From positions 1,672-65,671 of the IMG/VR virus record IMGVR_UViG_3300044631_000780: a stretch of 64,000 nucleotides of DNA. One strand, given 5' to 3'. The notes under the pieces were generated by a model. That model saw only the letters and a list, made by a program, of their open reading frames with translations, was not told the DNA's origin and made no database searches. How positions within the stretch are numbered: the stretch's first letter is position 1; each line of letters opens with the position of its first letter. Source of the stretch: a virus (Duplodnaviria; Caudoviricetes). Of this stretch, positions 36,401-46,420 are shown in pieces. Position numbers and translations under genes: made by a program.

Positions 36401-39400
36401 ATGTTACCAATGAATAGATTACTGTGATTTGCGCTATTACCGATCTTGATAAACTGATCGTTAGTAGCTTTATCTCCAATATAAATCCACTGATTAGCAG
36501 TTGTATGATCACCAATTCTAATTGTCTTAGAATAACCAGCAAGATTTAATCCACCAGTGTTGTCTCCACCAACGAATGTGCTGTCGTTTAGAAGATTGAA
36601 GGTTCCAGTAGTAATGCCAGTTCTGACTTCACCAGTAGCAGTGCCACTATCTGTGTAGATTTCAATATCTCTTTGGAATCTAGCATCTTCTGTAAATCTA
36701 GAATCACCAACAACTACAAGTGCTCTATTGAGTTGACTATTTGTAACTGATTGATTGGTATTAATTCCAAGTCTACCTAGGTTATTACCTCTGCCAGATT
36801 CGGAAATAGCAACCGTAGTAGTATCAACTCTTAAAGTGCTGTAGTTTGTTGGAGCAAGACTATCCCCACCAACTACAAGGGCGTCAGAAATCGCATTAAA
36901 TGTTCTGTTTGTTGGATTGGAGTTTGATAAGTAGTTATTTGGTGCTGTAGAAAGAGTTCTACCACTGATATATGCTTTACCAACAACATCAAGGTTAGCA
37001 CGAGGATCTGTTGTAGTAGGATCAACAAATCCATTAGCATATGCCGAGTGTGGAGAACGAGCAACAGTGTTGATGCCCAACTTATAGTTTCCAATGGATT
37101 CAGTTTCAGTTCTAAGTGCTTCAGAACCAATTACACCAACTTCCTTCCAAGAAGCATTTGAGAATTCAACACTTGGAGGTGTAGCTCCAATTGCTGTTCC
37201 AGCAATGATATCTGCCCAGTTCTCTACGGCAGCTGGAATTTGATCAATTACTTGGAAGTGAACATAATTATTAGTTGGCGAGAAAGCATCTCCTGGTTTG
37301 TTGTATACAACCCAAGTTAGATTTAGTCTAGGATCATAGTAGAAGTTGTTAACTCTGATTTGAGAACCAGAAGTGATACCAATATCTTGGTTTGTAATAT
37401 CAAGACCAGACTGACTATTCTTAAATGTTAGTTTTACTACATTGCTACCATCAAATGTAATTGTAAAGATGCTGTTATCAGCAATCTTTTGATAGTAGTT
37501 GGCAAGAATCCATCCAATAGATCCAGTTTTACCGATTTCAGAACCCTTAAGAAGAACATCACCAGGAACTGGTAATACACCACCATAAGTTACATATTGA
37601 GCAGAATTTACTCTGGTTCCACCATCAGCAACAAGAGGAGACTGGTTTGGAGTAATGTTTGCTGGAACACCAGAAGAAGTATGTGTTTGGAACATATACT
37701 TCTGTCCATTACCTCTGGCATTGAATTCAAATACAGCAGCGGTAACTTTATTCTTACTAATACGAATGTCACCAGCTGTTGGTGGTCTGAACGTTGTTCT
37801 ATCAAGACCTTGATCTTGCTCCAGTTGCGTAACTGGATCAACAGATGATACATTAGATCTGATGATTAGAACATCTCTTTGCTGAACTAGATCATTATCT
37901 TGTACAGCAATTAGAACTGGCGATTCAAACGAAGATACAAGAGTTCCATCTCCACCAACAACTGTTAGGTTCTGATTGAATGTAACTGGAGTATCAAATG
38001 TAGTAACTAGACCGCCAATTACATCATTCTCATCACCATCATCTTGTAAAGTCGCTGCGTCAATGAATGTTTCTTGACCAGTAATAGCATTGATTCTTCT
38101 ATTACCAATATAGAGATCACCCTGAGAGTTAATACCCGTGTAGAAGACGATACCAGCGTCTTGTTTCTTAGATTGGGCATAGAAGTCCTGCTCTGGTGTT
38201 AGAACGACTTCCTGACGCGCAGGGAGACCAGTAGAGTAGTTACCAGGACCGAAACCAAGGTATTCAAACGTATGGTTACCAGCACGAGCAATGGATGGTC
38301 TACGGAGTTCAACGTAGTAACGTTGATCATTAGCAACCGTGCTATCTCCAGAAATAGGAATTAAACGATCTTCCGATCCAGAAGTAGCATTTCCTTCCTG
38401 TGCTCTAATAGCATTAGATCCAGTGTAAGTGTTTTCAATGAAAGCTGGTTGACTGATAAGATCTTCAACAAGTTCTCTTGTTACAGAGTTCTTGTAATCG
38501 TTAACAGTAACAAGTCCATGAACATAGTTATCAGCGGCAGAGAATGCCTGTGGAGGATCAATCAGTGCTGCGTAATAATCCTTCTCTTCATTTGTAGTTC
38601 CATTGTTCTTAAACCAGAGAGGATCGTTTCTGTAGTTTAGAGGATATAGTCTGCTGACTGGTTGCGAGAACTTAAAGTTCTTGAAGTTGTTGATAACTCC
38701 AGCACCAGTTGGGAATGGAGAGATGTTACCACGTAGGCAAGTTAGATAGTAGATACCATCTTGCTGACCAGCAATACGGCGCTGTAGTGTTTCCGAAGCA
38801 AAGATATAGAATGTATCATCAATGATACCAGCATCTTCTACAGACTCAACATAGTATTCGATACCAGCGTCATCCTGAATGCGGTCACCAGGAGTAATGG
38901 TATAAACGTTGGCACCATTCTGTCTCCAGTAATATTCTGGATAACCCTTACGAATAAGAGTCTTCAGTGGCAACGATTTGCCCATATCCTGATCTTCCAG
39001 CATATCTGCGAAGACAGAACCTTGGGTAAATCTTACACTATCATACTCGCTATATTCTAGTTTACCACCACGAATATTCTTAATGATGAGGTAGTGATCA
39101 CCACCAACACTATAATAAGCATGAATGTTAGCAAGACCAGAGGAATATCCTGTAAATGTTACTTGGTTAGCAGTGATATTCTGAGTCTTGTTGGTTACAA
39201 AATCTCCACCTTGAGGAGCAGTGATCTTAATTGTTGTAAAGATCTCATTTCTCAAACCAGGGAAGTTCTTAGAGTCAACAGTGTGGTCATAAACTGTTAA
39301 TTCAAGATACTTAATATTAGAATTAAGAGCATCTGTTACATAACGACCACCTTGAATTGTTGCTTGAATACCAGAATTGAAACGAGCAAAAGCACGATAC

Positions 39401-42400
39401 TCAATACCAGCACCAGTCAAGTCTTTCTTGAATGGATCGTATGCTGCGTCAGTGTTAAGACCGTTCGTAGCAAACTGTGCTGCTGTGTATCCAATATATT
39501 CTCCAGCTTGAACTGGGTTTTCAAATCTAGCACCATACACAGAACCAGTAACTGGCTTGAGTAAGATCTTCTGAGGAATTAGTTTACGTGTATCGTCAGT
39601 TCTTGTCTTAAGAACAAATCCATTGATTGGATCTCTAGCATTCTGGAGATACTTAGGAATGACATAACGGATCTTATAAGTTCTATCGTCGGCTTCTCTA
39701 GTGTCATCTAAACGCTCATACCACATGTCCGTGGTTCTTGGTCTATCAGAATAATCAGATTGATTGATTCTCCAGAAAATATTCTCTTGCTGAACAGAAG
39801 ATGGTTGAGCAGTTACTTGATCCTTACACTGAATATACCACTTACCTGTTGTAGAAACAGAGTCAGTATAAGCAGGATCAAATCTCATTGGAGATCTACG
39901 CTTGTTAGCCCAAACATCAAATTTTAGTGAAGTTTGACCAGAAGCAAATGTAATTGGATTTACATTGTTGATCGCATCAGCATGTGTCTTGTGAATGGTG
40001 AATACTTTATCATTCTGATAACGAGCGAAGAATTCGATCTGAGGATTGATTCTACCGACATTAGAATTTGTGATGTCGGTAACAGCTACCGTGGGATCGT
40101 TAGCATAGGTGCTAGCAACAATTGGTAGAGATCCACCCTCAATTGCTCTAAAGAATACTCTATGTGGAGTTGTTGCTGCTGATGGAACGTCAAAAATGTG
40201 TGATACATCAGTCTCAATGCCAGCATTAACAGTATTTGTTAGATTACACTCATAGTTGTGTAATGTATACTTGTCATCGAGAACAAACTGATAGAGATCA
40301 ATTTCAACATCTGGATCAATACTGTCAGTTTCTGACGCATAGATGTAAATACCAGCAGCAGCATTCTCTTTAGAAGTTGCGAGCATCAGTTTTGTCTGAT
40401 CGCTTCCGTTAAAGAATGTAGTTGTACTGTAATCTGCTGGTTGAGTTCTTCTGCCAGGAGCAATTACATAGTAAGTTCTGTTTGGTTCAAATCCTTTTGG
40501 AAGTCTGATAAGACGCTTATCAATCTCAACATACTTACCAGTCTCAACATCAAATCTAGGACGAGGTACAAGTCTTACTGGTGTTCCAGTTTCAAAGTTA
40601 TGAGCATTTGTTGCTCCATATCCAGTAATATCAATCGTAAAGATTGTAGCACGAGAAGAAAGAAGTGCTGTGTTAACTGTCTGCTCTTGACGAGTAACAG
40701 TTCCAAGTCCACTGTTAATAATGGTTGTGATATTACCAACCAATGTGGTGATAGCATTAGCAACGTCGGCACATTCTCTTTGTGTTGGAGCTGATGGTGT
40801 ATATGCTTGAGTATCCTGAATAACATCTGGATTTGTATTCTCTGGTCCTACAGTTACTCTCTGTGGTAGAGTATTTGCCCAAGATCCTTTCTCATATGTA
40901 AAGTATAGTCTCGTTGTTGTGCTACTTTGTAGAGCATTTACTGTATTTCCAGTATCAAATCTAGAATTAGCAACTCCAAGTTCAATCGTAGTGTTACTTA
41001 CAATTCTCTTTACAAATGTATCTTTTGGAATATTTGTATAAATTGGAACCGCATTGTTTTGAAGTAGACCATTAACGTAAGGAGTTGGAGATGAAGCATA
41101 CTCAACAACTCTCATACCAATTACAATGCCACGAGTATCAGAAACGTTAACGAGAGCAGATCCAGTAGTTGTAACACAATTAATGGCAAGAACATCAAAG
41201 TTACGCATTGCTGCGATTGCCAGTTGTCCAACATAATTCCAAGCATCAATTGTCTCCGTCTTTTCTCCATCAATATATGTTAGATTATTTCCAACATAAT
41301 ATGCTTCACCAGCCTGAATGGAGTTAATATTTCCGCCAAGTCTCAAGTCGTTGACAACAGCATCAACAATATATGAAACGTCACGATAACACTTAGATTG
41401 CTTAGCATTTACAATAAAGTCTCCAGCATTTGCTGTTGGCAATCCAGCAAGAGATCCAGTGCCGATAGCATCGGTAACAATATCAAATAAGTTTTCAATT
41501 GATGAGCGAACATTAGCGCAATCCCACTCTCCATTAGTTAGAGGTGGAAGAGTATTGAGATTGCCAGCTTGAAGAGCATCACAAACAATACCAACTAATG
41601 TATCAACTGTTGCTAGAACATCAGAACAATTGCCAAGAGTATAGGTTGTTGGTTGTGCTGGGGCAGTTCTTGTAATACCAGTTAGATTTCCTACACCACC
41701 ATCGTTTCCAATTGCTTGTAGAAGAATGCCAAATAGGGTGTCAAGTGCTCCAACAGCAGAACCACACTTTGGTAGTAGTTCATCAGAATCCCAGTCATTA
41801 ACAATAGTAAGATCCTTCTTCTGCGTGAAAGTATTGCCAGATGTAACTGTTACTGTTTCGTTTCTAAGAACTTGAATTGCGATGTTCTTAACTTCCGTGA
41901 ATACTTTAGCAGCTTCATCACGCTCAGCATCAAGGAATGTCTGAATTGGTTGACCATTGAATATGTTTGTTACATAGATATTCGCTGCGTCATAAGTCTT
42001 GGAGTTTCCACCAAACTTGACATCCCACATCACTTCTTCTAGAACATCATAAACATCATCGAGACAATCTTGCTCAGTATTTCCAGTTTGTGGAACATAT
42101 GAAGGATATGCTGCCTTCATGCGTAGATATGCTTCCTTCGCAATGAATTCCTTGTTATCAAGAACAAGATTATAGGCATCAGCATGAATGTCAGCAACAA
42201 ATGCTGGATCTTCTGTGTTATCAAGTGTGAGTGTTAAGTCTCTTACATAATATTGATTGTTGATGGCACGATTCATCAAGTCAGCAGATCTCTTGAATGC
42301 TGTAATTGATGGATTAATTTCATTAACAAGACCGTTTGGAAGTAAGGTTGTATTATTAGTAAAATACTCCTTAGTTGCTGCGATGGTATATTCATTACCA

Positions 42401-45400
42401 CCAAACCAGAGATCCTGAGCAACAGCATCAACAATGTGACCGATATCTCTACGGCACTTGGTTTCACCAGTCAAGAATGTTCCAGCATTCTCAGCAGGAA
42501 GTGAATTGAGATTTCCAGCAGTTACAGCAGCAGTTACAATGCCAGTGAGAGTAGTGATTGCTGACTGGACGTTTGAACATGAAGATGAACTCTGATTATT
42601 GCCAGTCGCAGGATCTGCTGTGACAGTAAGATCTTTGTGGTAGAGTTGGTTTGTAATTGCTCTACGCATGAATTCAGCAGCTTCATTGAATGCTACATTG
42701 CTCTGAGCAGTTTCTCCAACTAAACCATTGCTGATTGGAGTTGTAACGTTAGTAAAATACTGCTGAATAAATGTTCTGGTGTGCTTATTACCGCCAGTGA
42801 ATAGGTCAACAGAAATGGCATCAATAAAGTATCCGATATCACGAGCACACTTTCTCATGCCAGCAGGAGCAGATCCTTTGTTGATCGTCTGTGGCATTGA
42901 ATTTAGATTGCCATCGTTAATAATTGTAGTTACGATGCCAGCAAGAGTGTCAATAGCAGAGCGAACGTTAGCACAAGAATTAGCATCAGTGTTGCTACCA
43001 GTAGCAGGATCAGCAGTAATAGTAAGATCCTTAACTGTGAGTTGGTTAGTGATAGCAAGTCTCATCAAGTTTCTTGCTTGATTGAAAGCATAGATGCTTT
43101 CTGTAACTTCACCAACTAGACCATTGCTGATTGGAGTTGTAGCATTTGAGAAATACTCAGCAGCAAATCTGTATGAATACTCGTTACCACGAATGAAAAG
43201 GTCAAGCGAGATCGCATCAACAAAGTATCCAAGGTCTCTCTTACACTTCGTTTCAGTAGAAGCAACACCAGGATACAGAGTGACCATATTGGTCCAAGCA
43301 GTATTGACAATTTCTGTCTTGTTCTGCTGAATTAGACGGTAGCTATCATAGAAACGCGAATCTGCTGTAGTTTGAGCATCGCCAGGGAAGTAGAAATCTG
43401 GATAATCAACAGCGATCTTAGCAAGTGCTCTATCAGTAATCTCTTTGCTATTGCGACGAATGAGACGGAACGCATCAGCAAAACGAGATTGTGCGTTGCT
43501 CTGAGTATCACCAGGCATGTAGAAATCTGGATGATAAACAGCAACTTCAGCAAGTGCTGCGTCAAGAATAAATTCTCTGTTAGCAAGAATACGATTACGA
43601 GCATCCTTATAACGACCAGCAGGATCTTGCTTATTTGCGGCATCAACTGTTACACCTTCACTATTCAATCCTAAAGCAGCAGATCCAGTGCTTCCTGCGA
43701 TCACACCATATGGACTTAGGATGCTAGGGTTCTCTGGATCATAAATTGCTGCTTTAACTGTAAGTAGATTAGCAACTGCTTTCTTACAAAGATCTCTTGC
43801 TCTGTTAAAAGCAAATACAGCATAGGTTTCTTCACCAACCAGACCGTTCTGTAATGGCGTACCGTCACCATTGAAGTAGAACTTGGTAGCTTCGATGGTG
43901 TTGAGGTTTCCGCCGTCTCTAAGGTCTTCTGCGATGGCATCTACAATAAATCCAATGTCACGCTTACACTTACCATTTGCAACACCTTGGATATTTCCAA
44001 TACCAAAAGTTTCAACCATTTGGTTGAATGCTGTGTCAACGATTTCTTGGCGGTTCGCAAGGATTAAGTTGCGAGCATCGAAGTAACGACCAGCAGCAGG
44101 ATTTAGACCAGGGTTGACATAAGGAATGTTTTGAAGTGCTGGATACTTCTCAAGAATATATCCAAAAACTTCCTCTTGGATCATTGTGCGATTGCTTTCA
44201 ATCAAGTTAGCAGCATCAGCGTAGATGCCATTGATTGAGATACCAGAAGGATTTAAAATTGATCCTTTCGCAATATACTTAACAAAACCAGTTGGTTCTA
44301 ATTCTACGTTAAATACTTCTCCAGTTCCAGCAGCAGGATCAAGTTTTACATATAGTTTGTCACCAGTTTTTGCTCCAAGTCTATAACCATCAATGGTCGC
44401 AGCTGGACGCTCTGTTGGAATAATAATGTCATCGCTACCCAAGAACAACTTAGTATAGTTGTTAGGATTTTGAATTGTTCCTTGAATATCAATCGTATAA
44501 TAAGTAACTTTTTTGATATTCTCAGCAGTTTCCTCTGCTTGCTGTGGTGGAATGATGTGAGTAATGTATCCACCTTTGTCTTGGTTGAACGCAAATCCTT
44601 TGAAACCAATCGCGTGTAGAGAGGTATTACCAAAGTTTGAGTTGGAGTTGGTGATGGACATGTCTCCACCACTTTCCATTAGGAAGTGATCAGCAAAACC
44701 AACGGCGAAGATGGAAACGTTCTGAATGAATGCGTCTTCTGAAGCACGAACGTGGAAGTTTCTCCACTCATCCTTCCAGTAACTATCACCCTTTGCGTGA
44801 TAAGGAACAGTAGCAAATGCGTCTGTTAGTGATGCTTGATTCCAAGTGTTTGAATACTCATCGTAACGGATGAATGCTCTATCGTCTTTCTGTAGAGAAA
44901 CACCAGTGTACTGAGCAATAACCATGGATCTAAATCCAGTGGCTTTTAGACCATTTGCCCAGATACCACAAATACCCCAGGTAGAACGAATTGAAACGTT
45001 GAAGACGTATGGAGAAGCAGATTCGACGCTATCAACCTCAGCAAGAGTTTGTGCGTTTTGTCCAAGGGCAGGAGTTGTATCTACACTGATTGTTTGTCCA
45101 GAAACAATGTTAGTGCCAATTCCACCAACAACGAATGGAACTTCATATTTAAATTTGCGAGGGTCATTCTCGTCAATCTCTTTGATTGGGAAAAATCCTT
45201 CAAGAACATCATCAATATTTGTATTTGAAATAGCAACAAATTGACCAGCAAAATATCCATGATCAACTTTAGTCGTTACTTCAACTTCAGTTGTGGATGC
45301 TGGAATGCTAGGATCAGTTGTCGCATCTACAAACTTCAGTGATTCAATAACACGAGAGTCAGATAAAGGACCAACAATTCTATTTTCTTGAATGTTGAAA

Positions 45401-46167
45401 TCAAATTCACCTGGATCATCAATTGTTGGTTGATAAGATGAAAATGCCTTAGCGATCTTTCTGTAGAATAATCCTAGCTCTTCACTATCAGCATATTCAA
45501 ATACTGTTAGTTTGTGGTGAGAGAAATTAGGAGCAGTAAGTTTGGTGAAGTCTTGAGGATCATAATAAACTTCACCAGTTCCTTCAGCAGAATTGAAAAG
45601 AGGAGATTCAGAAGTTGTTTGACCATCTTTAATAGTGAACTGCCAGAAGTAACATCCACCAGTTACATTAAAGATCGCAGAACGTGGGACAGTTACAGAA
45701 GCAGGATCAGGAACGTAGAGAGGTCTGATCGTTGTTCTACGAAGGTCATAACCAACAAGTGAAGAACCACGAGGAATAATAGCACCGCCTTCAGTGTTAT
45801 TAAACTTGTATAGTACGTTGTTTGGATTGGAGATATCAAGAATGCTATTATCAGTCCAAGCATTTAGAGCTTGATCAAATCCAAATACATCAATGCCATT
45901 AGTATCTACAAGACCAGGACGGTTATCAATATAGTGAATACCAGGCATCAGCATGATGCTGAACTGGTCAAAACGGTCATTATTCTTACCAGGAAGGTAA
46001 GAATATCTTGCGATTTCTAGGAAAGCACGCTGAATACTCTTGAATGGTGTAATTGGTGAATTACCTCTGTTGGATAACGCATCGGTTGCGTTAAAATCAT
46101 CAGGAGAAACATAAAGATACTTACCAGTTTTTGAACTGATAAGATTATCCAGACGTGTTAATGGCAT
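33433..46167 (-). CDS. giant (4244 aa) virion structural protein with six phycobiliprotein-like segments
   Basis: Late promoter upstream; N-terminal YVSP...PFKSIQRA beta-helix cap; C-terminal T4 baseplate/fibre-type LTLPSNPKTGDTIRI...GWW; CxRD repeats at about aa 650-1820. Confidence 0.85.
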   Translation of the reverse strand: MPLTRLDNLISSKTGKYLYVSPDDFNATDALSNRGNSPITPFKSIQRAFLEIARYSYLPGKNNDRFDQFSIMLMPGIHYIDNRPGLVDTNGIDVFGFDQALNAWTDNSILDISNPNNVLYKFNNTEGGAIIPRGSSLVGYDLRRTTIRPLYVPDPASVTVPRSAIFNVTGGCYFWQFTIKDGQTTSESPLFNSAEGTGEVYYDPQDFTKLTAPNFSHHKLTVFEYADSEELGLFYRKIAKAFSSYQPTIDDPGEFDFNIQENRIVGPLSDSRVIESLKFVDATTDPSIPASTTEVEVTTKVDHGYFAGQFVAISNTNIDDVLEGFFPIKEIDENDPRKFKYEVPFVVGGIGTNIVSGQTISVDTTPALGQNAQTLAEVDSVESASPYVFNVSIRSTWGICGIWANGLKATGFRSMVIAQYTGVSLQKDDRAFIRYDEYSNTWNQASLTDAFATVPYHAKGDSYWKDEWRNFHVRASEDAFIQNVSIFAVGFADHFLMESGGDMSITNSNSNFGNTSLHAIGFKGFAFNQDKGGYITHIIPPQQAEETAENIKKVTYYTIDIQGTIQNPNNYTKLFLGSDDIIIPTERPAATIDGYRLGAKTGDKLYVKLDPAAGTGEVFNVELEPTGFVKYIAKGSILNPSGISINGIYADAANLIESNRTMIQEEVFGYILEKYPALQNIPYVNPGLNPAAGRYFDARNLILANRQEIVDTAFNQMVETFGIGNIQGVANGKCKRDIGFIVDAIAEDLRDGGNLNTIEATKFYFNGDGTPLQNGLVGEETYAVFAFNRARDLCKKAVANLLTVKAAIYDPENPSILSPYGVIAGSTGSAALGLNSEGVTVDAANKQDPAGRYKDARNRILANREFILDAALAEVAVYHPDFYMPGDTQSNAQSRFADAFRLIRRNSKEITDRALAKIAVDYPDFYFPGDAQTTADSRFYDSYRLIQQNKTEIVNTAWTNMVTLYPGVASTETKCKRDLGYFVDAISLDLFIRGNEYSYRFAAEYFSNATTPISNGLVGEVTESIYAFNQARNLMRLAITNQLTVKDLTITADPATGSNTDANSCANVRSAIDTLAGIVTTIINDGNLNSMPQTINKGSAPAGMRKCARDIGYFIDAISVDLFTGGNKHTRTFIQQYFTNVTTPISNGLVGETAQSNVAFNEAAEFMRRAITNQLYHKDLTVTADPATGNNQSSSSCSNVQSAITTLTGIVTAAVTAGNLNSLPAENAGTFLTGETKCRRDIGHIVDAVAQDLWFGGNEYTIAATKEYFTNNTTLLPNGLVNEINPSITAFKRSADLMNRAINNQYYVRDLTLTLDNTEDPAFVADIHADAYNLVLDNKEFIAKEAYLRMKAAYPSYVPQTGNTEQDCLDDVYDVLEEVMWDVKFGGNSKTYDAANIYVTNIFNGQPIQTFLDAERDEAAKVFTEVKNIAIQVLRNETVTVTSGNTFTQKKDLTIVNDWDSDELLPKCGSAVGALDTLFGILLQAIGNDGGVGNLTGITRTAPAQPTTYTLGNCSDVLATVDTLVGIVCDALQAGNLNTLPPLTNGEWDCANVRSSIENLFDIVTDAIGTGSLAGLPTANAGDFIVNAKQSKCYRDVSYIVDAVVNDLRLGGNINSIQAGEAYYVGNNLTYIDGEKTETIDAWNYVGQLAIAAMRNFDVLAINCVTTTGSALVNVSDTRGIVIGMRVVEYASSPTPYVNGLLQNNAVPIYTNIPKDTFVKRIVSNTTIELGVANSRFDTGNTVNALQSSTTTRLYFTYEKGSWANTLPQRVTVGPENTNPDVIQDTQAYTPSAPTQRECADVANAITTLVGNITTIINSGLGTVTRQEQTVNTALLSSRATIFTIDITGYGATNAHNFETGTPVRLVPRPRFDVETGKYVEIDKRLIRLPKGFEPNRTYYVIAPGRRTQPADYSTTTFFNGSDQTKLMLATSKENAAAGIYIYASETDSIDPDVEIDLYQFVLDDKYTLHNYECNLTNTVNAGIETDVSHIFDVPSAATTPHRVFFRAIEGGSLPIVASTYANDPTVAVTDITNSNVGRINPQIEFFARYQNDKVFTIHKTHADAINNVNPITFASGQTSLKFDVWANKRRSPMRFDPAYTDSVSTTGKWYIQCKDQVTAQPSSVQQENIFWRINQSDYSDRPRTTDMWYERLDDTREADDRTYKIRYVIPKYLQNARDPINGFVLKTRTDDTRKLIPQKILLKPVTGSVYGARFENPVQAGEYIGYTAAQFATNGLNTDAAYDPFKKDLTGAGIEYRAFARFNSGIQATIQGGRYVTDALNSNIKYLELTVYDHTVDSKNFPGLRNEIFTTIKITAPQGGDFVTNKTQNITANQVTFTGYSSGLANIHAYYSVGGDHYLIIKNIRGGKLEYSEYDSVRFTQGSVFADMLEDQDMGKSLPLKTLIRKGYPEYYWRQNGANVYTITPGDRIQDDAGIEYYVESVEDAGIIDDTFYIFASETLQRRIAGQQDGIYYLTCLRGNISPFPTGAGVINNFKNFKFSQPVSRLYPLNYRNDPLWFKNNGTTNEEKDYYAALIDPPQAFSAADNYVHGLVTVNDYKNSVTRELVEDLISQPAFIENTYTGSNAIRAQEGNATSGSEDRLIPISGDSTVANDQRYYVELRRPSIARAGNHTFEYLGFGPGNYSTGLPARQEVVLTPEQDFYAQSKKQDAGIVFYTGINSQGDLYIGNRRINAITGQETFIDAATLQDDGDENDVIGGLVTTFDTPVTFNQNLTVVGGDGTLVSSFESPVLIAVQDNDLVQQRDVLIIRSNVSSVDPVTQLEQDQGLDRTTFRPPTAGDIRISKNKVTAAVFEFNARGNGQKYMFQTHTSSGVPANITPNQSPLVADGGTRVNSAQYVTYGGVLPVPGDVLLKGSEIGKTGSIGWILANYYQKIADNSIFTITFDGSNVVKLTFKNSQSGLDITNQDIGITSGSQIRVNNFYYDPRLNLTWVVYNKPGDAFSPTNNYVHFQVIDQIPAAVENWADIIAGTAIGATPPSVEFSNASWKEVGVIGSEALRTETESIGNYKLGINTVARSPHSAYANGFVDPTTTDPRANLDVVGKAYISGRTLSTAPNNYLSNSNPTNRTFNAISDALVVGGDSLAPTNYSTLRVDTTTVAISESGRGNNLGRLGINTNQSVTNSQLNRALVVVGDSRFTEDARFQRDIEIYTDSGTATGEVRTGITTGTFNLLNDSTFVGGDNTGGLNLAGYSKTIRIGDHTTANQWIYIGDKATNDQFIKIGNSANHSNLFIGNIDRDAAISKTKIGGAYDRLSSLSYVDFETKQVKFAGDVTFGSFKSLGGDRTNPEQVVTLSTEAGIVSFFSGNTQTMDFALNASEVRIAGQGGTTTIRNSLEIDGETIFNGNVHLCGGVAAFSFTANRAQLGTTAFAHDDGILGPTTFNQNVDLINVLQVPDSDPNFNRLDTAGSADWGSTDFQELIPGGGPEGSDLPALTGDLYYLPLLNPPGDYFREGDYLILDTVVDSVAGTHPEILRVAPGGLAGAETAPYYLTVQRRPLGTFTAVKTNHPDEPNNRTPIYKCNIAFDATWTEQSIDASGTTENVYLATFGGTLRTGVDYIVIDRTDTNSDGVFDQGEVFKLVSTLVQENKTFSILSGCPNGNVLFSVDSVTGETIIGNDGVSGENGKLTVNGSFTFVGGCKTASSQQFTGNAQAGLTTITAVTNTSGIEVGDYVQIVTGGGTVTLTQNRFPIDSGETRLTDPQVVSISGSTITLNLPFTGTGSQEGITFVANKNEKFSITDRVRDIFSVDACSGDTIVGNPSGTILAQRAKFGTSVAAHSSGATVYVILKDPKVDNSIATTFVDTVTAITTSATQLPVDDISDFANGDYILVGYGSGGNEEFMRISSNPVATSGNSGYLPVTRSPLAGTAKTHQDGESVWRVLIRETTTTTSAIGTTGGTNIEIGLKNSDLVPFFLDREYFMVIDSEVFEVTSTITNDGGTKLVKKDYHHGRLTVYDDVNFVGSNFRISGTDNNVPIINLVNNEEHHFEGGKLSINAATDVSGLFRVFPTTCVEEPDAIQFSNRSFLPTFRVEPNFGDTFVGRLLDVAGISSSIAAQSQKILDIRNLGDGGTKNFTIRQDCSVDAFGYEGWKNSNGGHITKFVNANTTLQVNINYIVAVAPSTGALVLTLPSNPKTGDTIRITEVGGQLTYNNSLVIRAPIVGGEPVAIQGDTEGTRLGGLSTPYASGELVVQNKNASFGLIYVGQTDGDNFIPATYQGWWLTEL

Positions 46168-46206
46168 GATTATACAGACCCTGCGGCGTGACTTATTCCT
46201 TCAAGT

Positions 46207-46214
46207 TATTTATA
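46207..46214 (-). promoter_or_regulatory. T4-type late promoter TATAAATA
   Basis: Exact gp55 consensus about 40 nt upstream of the giant gene. Confidence 0.85.
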
Positions 46215-46326
46215 CGGAAGGTTTATAGTTGTCTCCCTCTATCTGCATTTTGATAATTTCTCTGACACATAACCAGATATATCCAAATTGTTCAGACCAA
46301 GTACAATCACCTTTAATTTTATTCAT
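46210..46326 (-). CDS. hypothetical 38-aa protein
   Basis: Hand translation MNKIKGDCTWSEQFGYIWLCVREIIKMQIEGDNYKPSV. Confidence 0.45.
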   Translation of the reverse strand: MNKIKGDCTWSEQFGYIWLCVREIIKMQIEGDNYKPSV

Positions 46327-46342
46327 ATGTTTTTTGAAACAA

Positions 46343-46417
46343 CACTCTCTGTAGGATTCGAACCTACGACACCTTGATCCGTAGTCAAGTGCTCTATATC
46401 CACTGAGCTAAGAGAGT
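46343..46417 (-). tRNA. tRNA-Arg(ACG)
   Basis: Cloverleaf; anticodon arm CTTGA-CTACGGA-TCAAG. Confidence 0.92.
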
Positions 46418-46420
46418 AGG

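Noticed and set aside
26721-46167. Diversity-generating retroelement or intron/intein in the fibre genes
   Set aside because: No reverse transcriptase, no template/variable repeat pair and no splice motifs seen by eye; frames are continuous.
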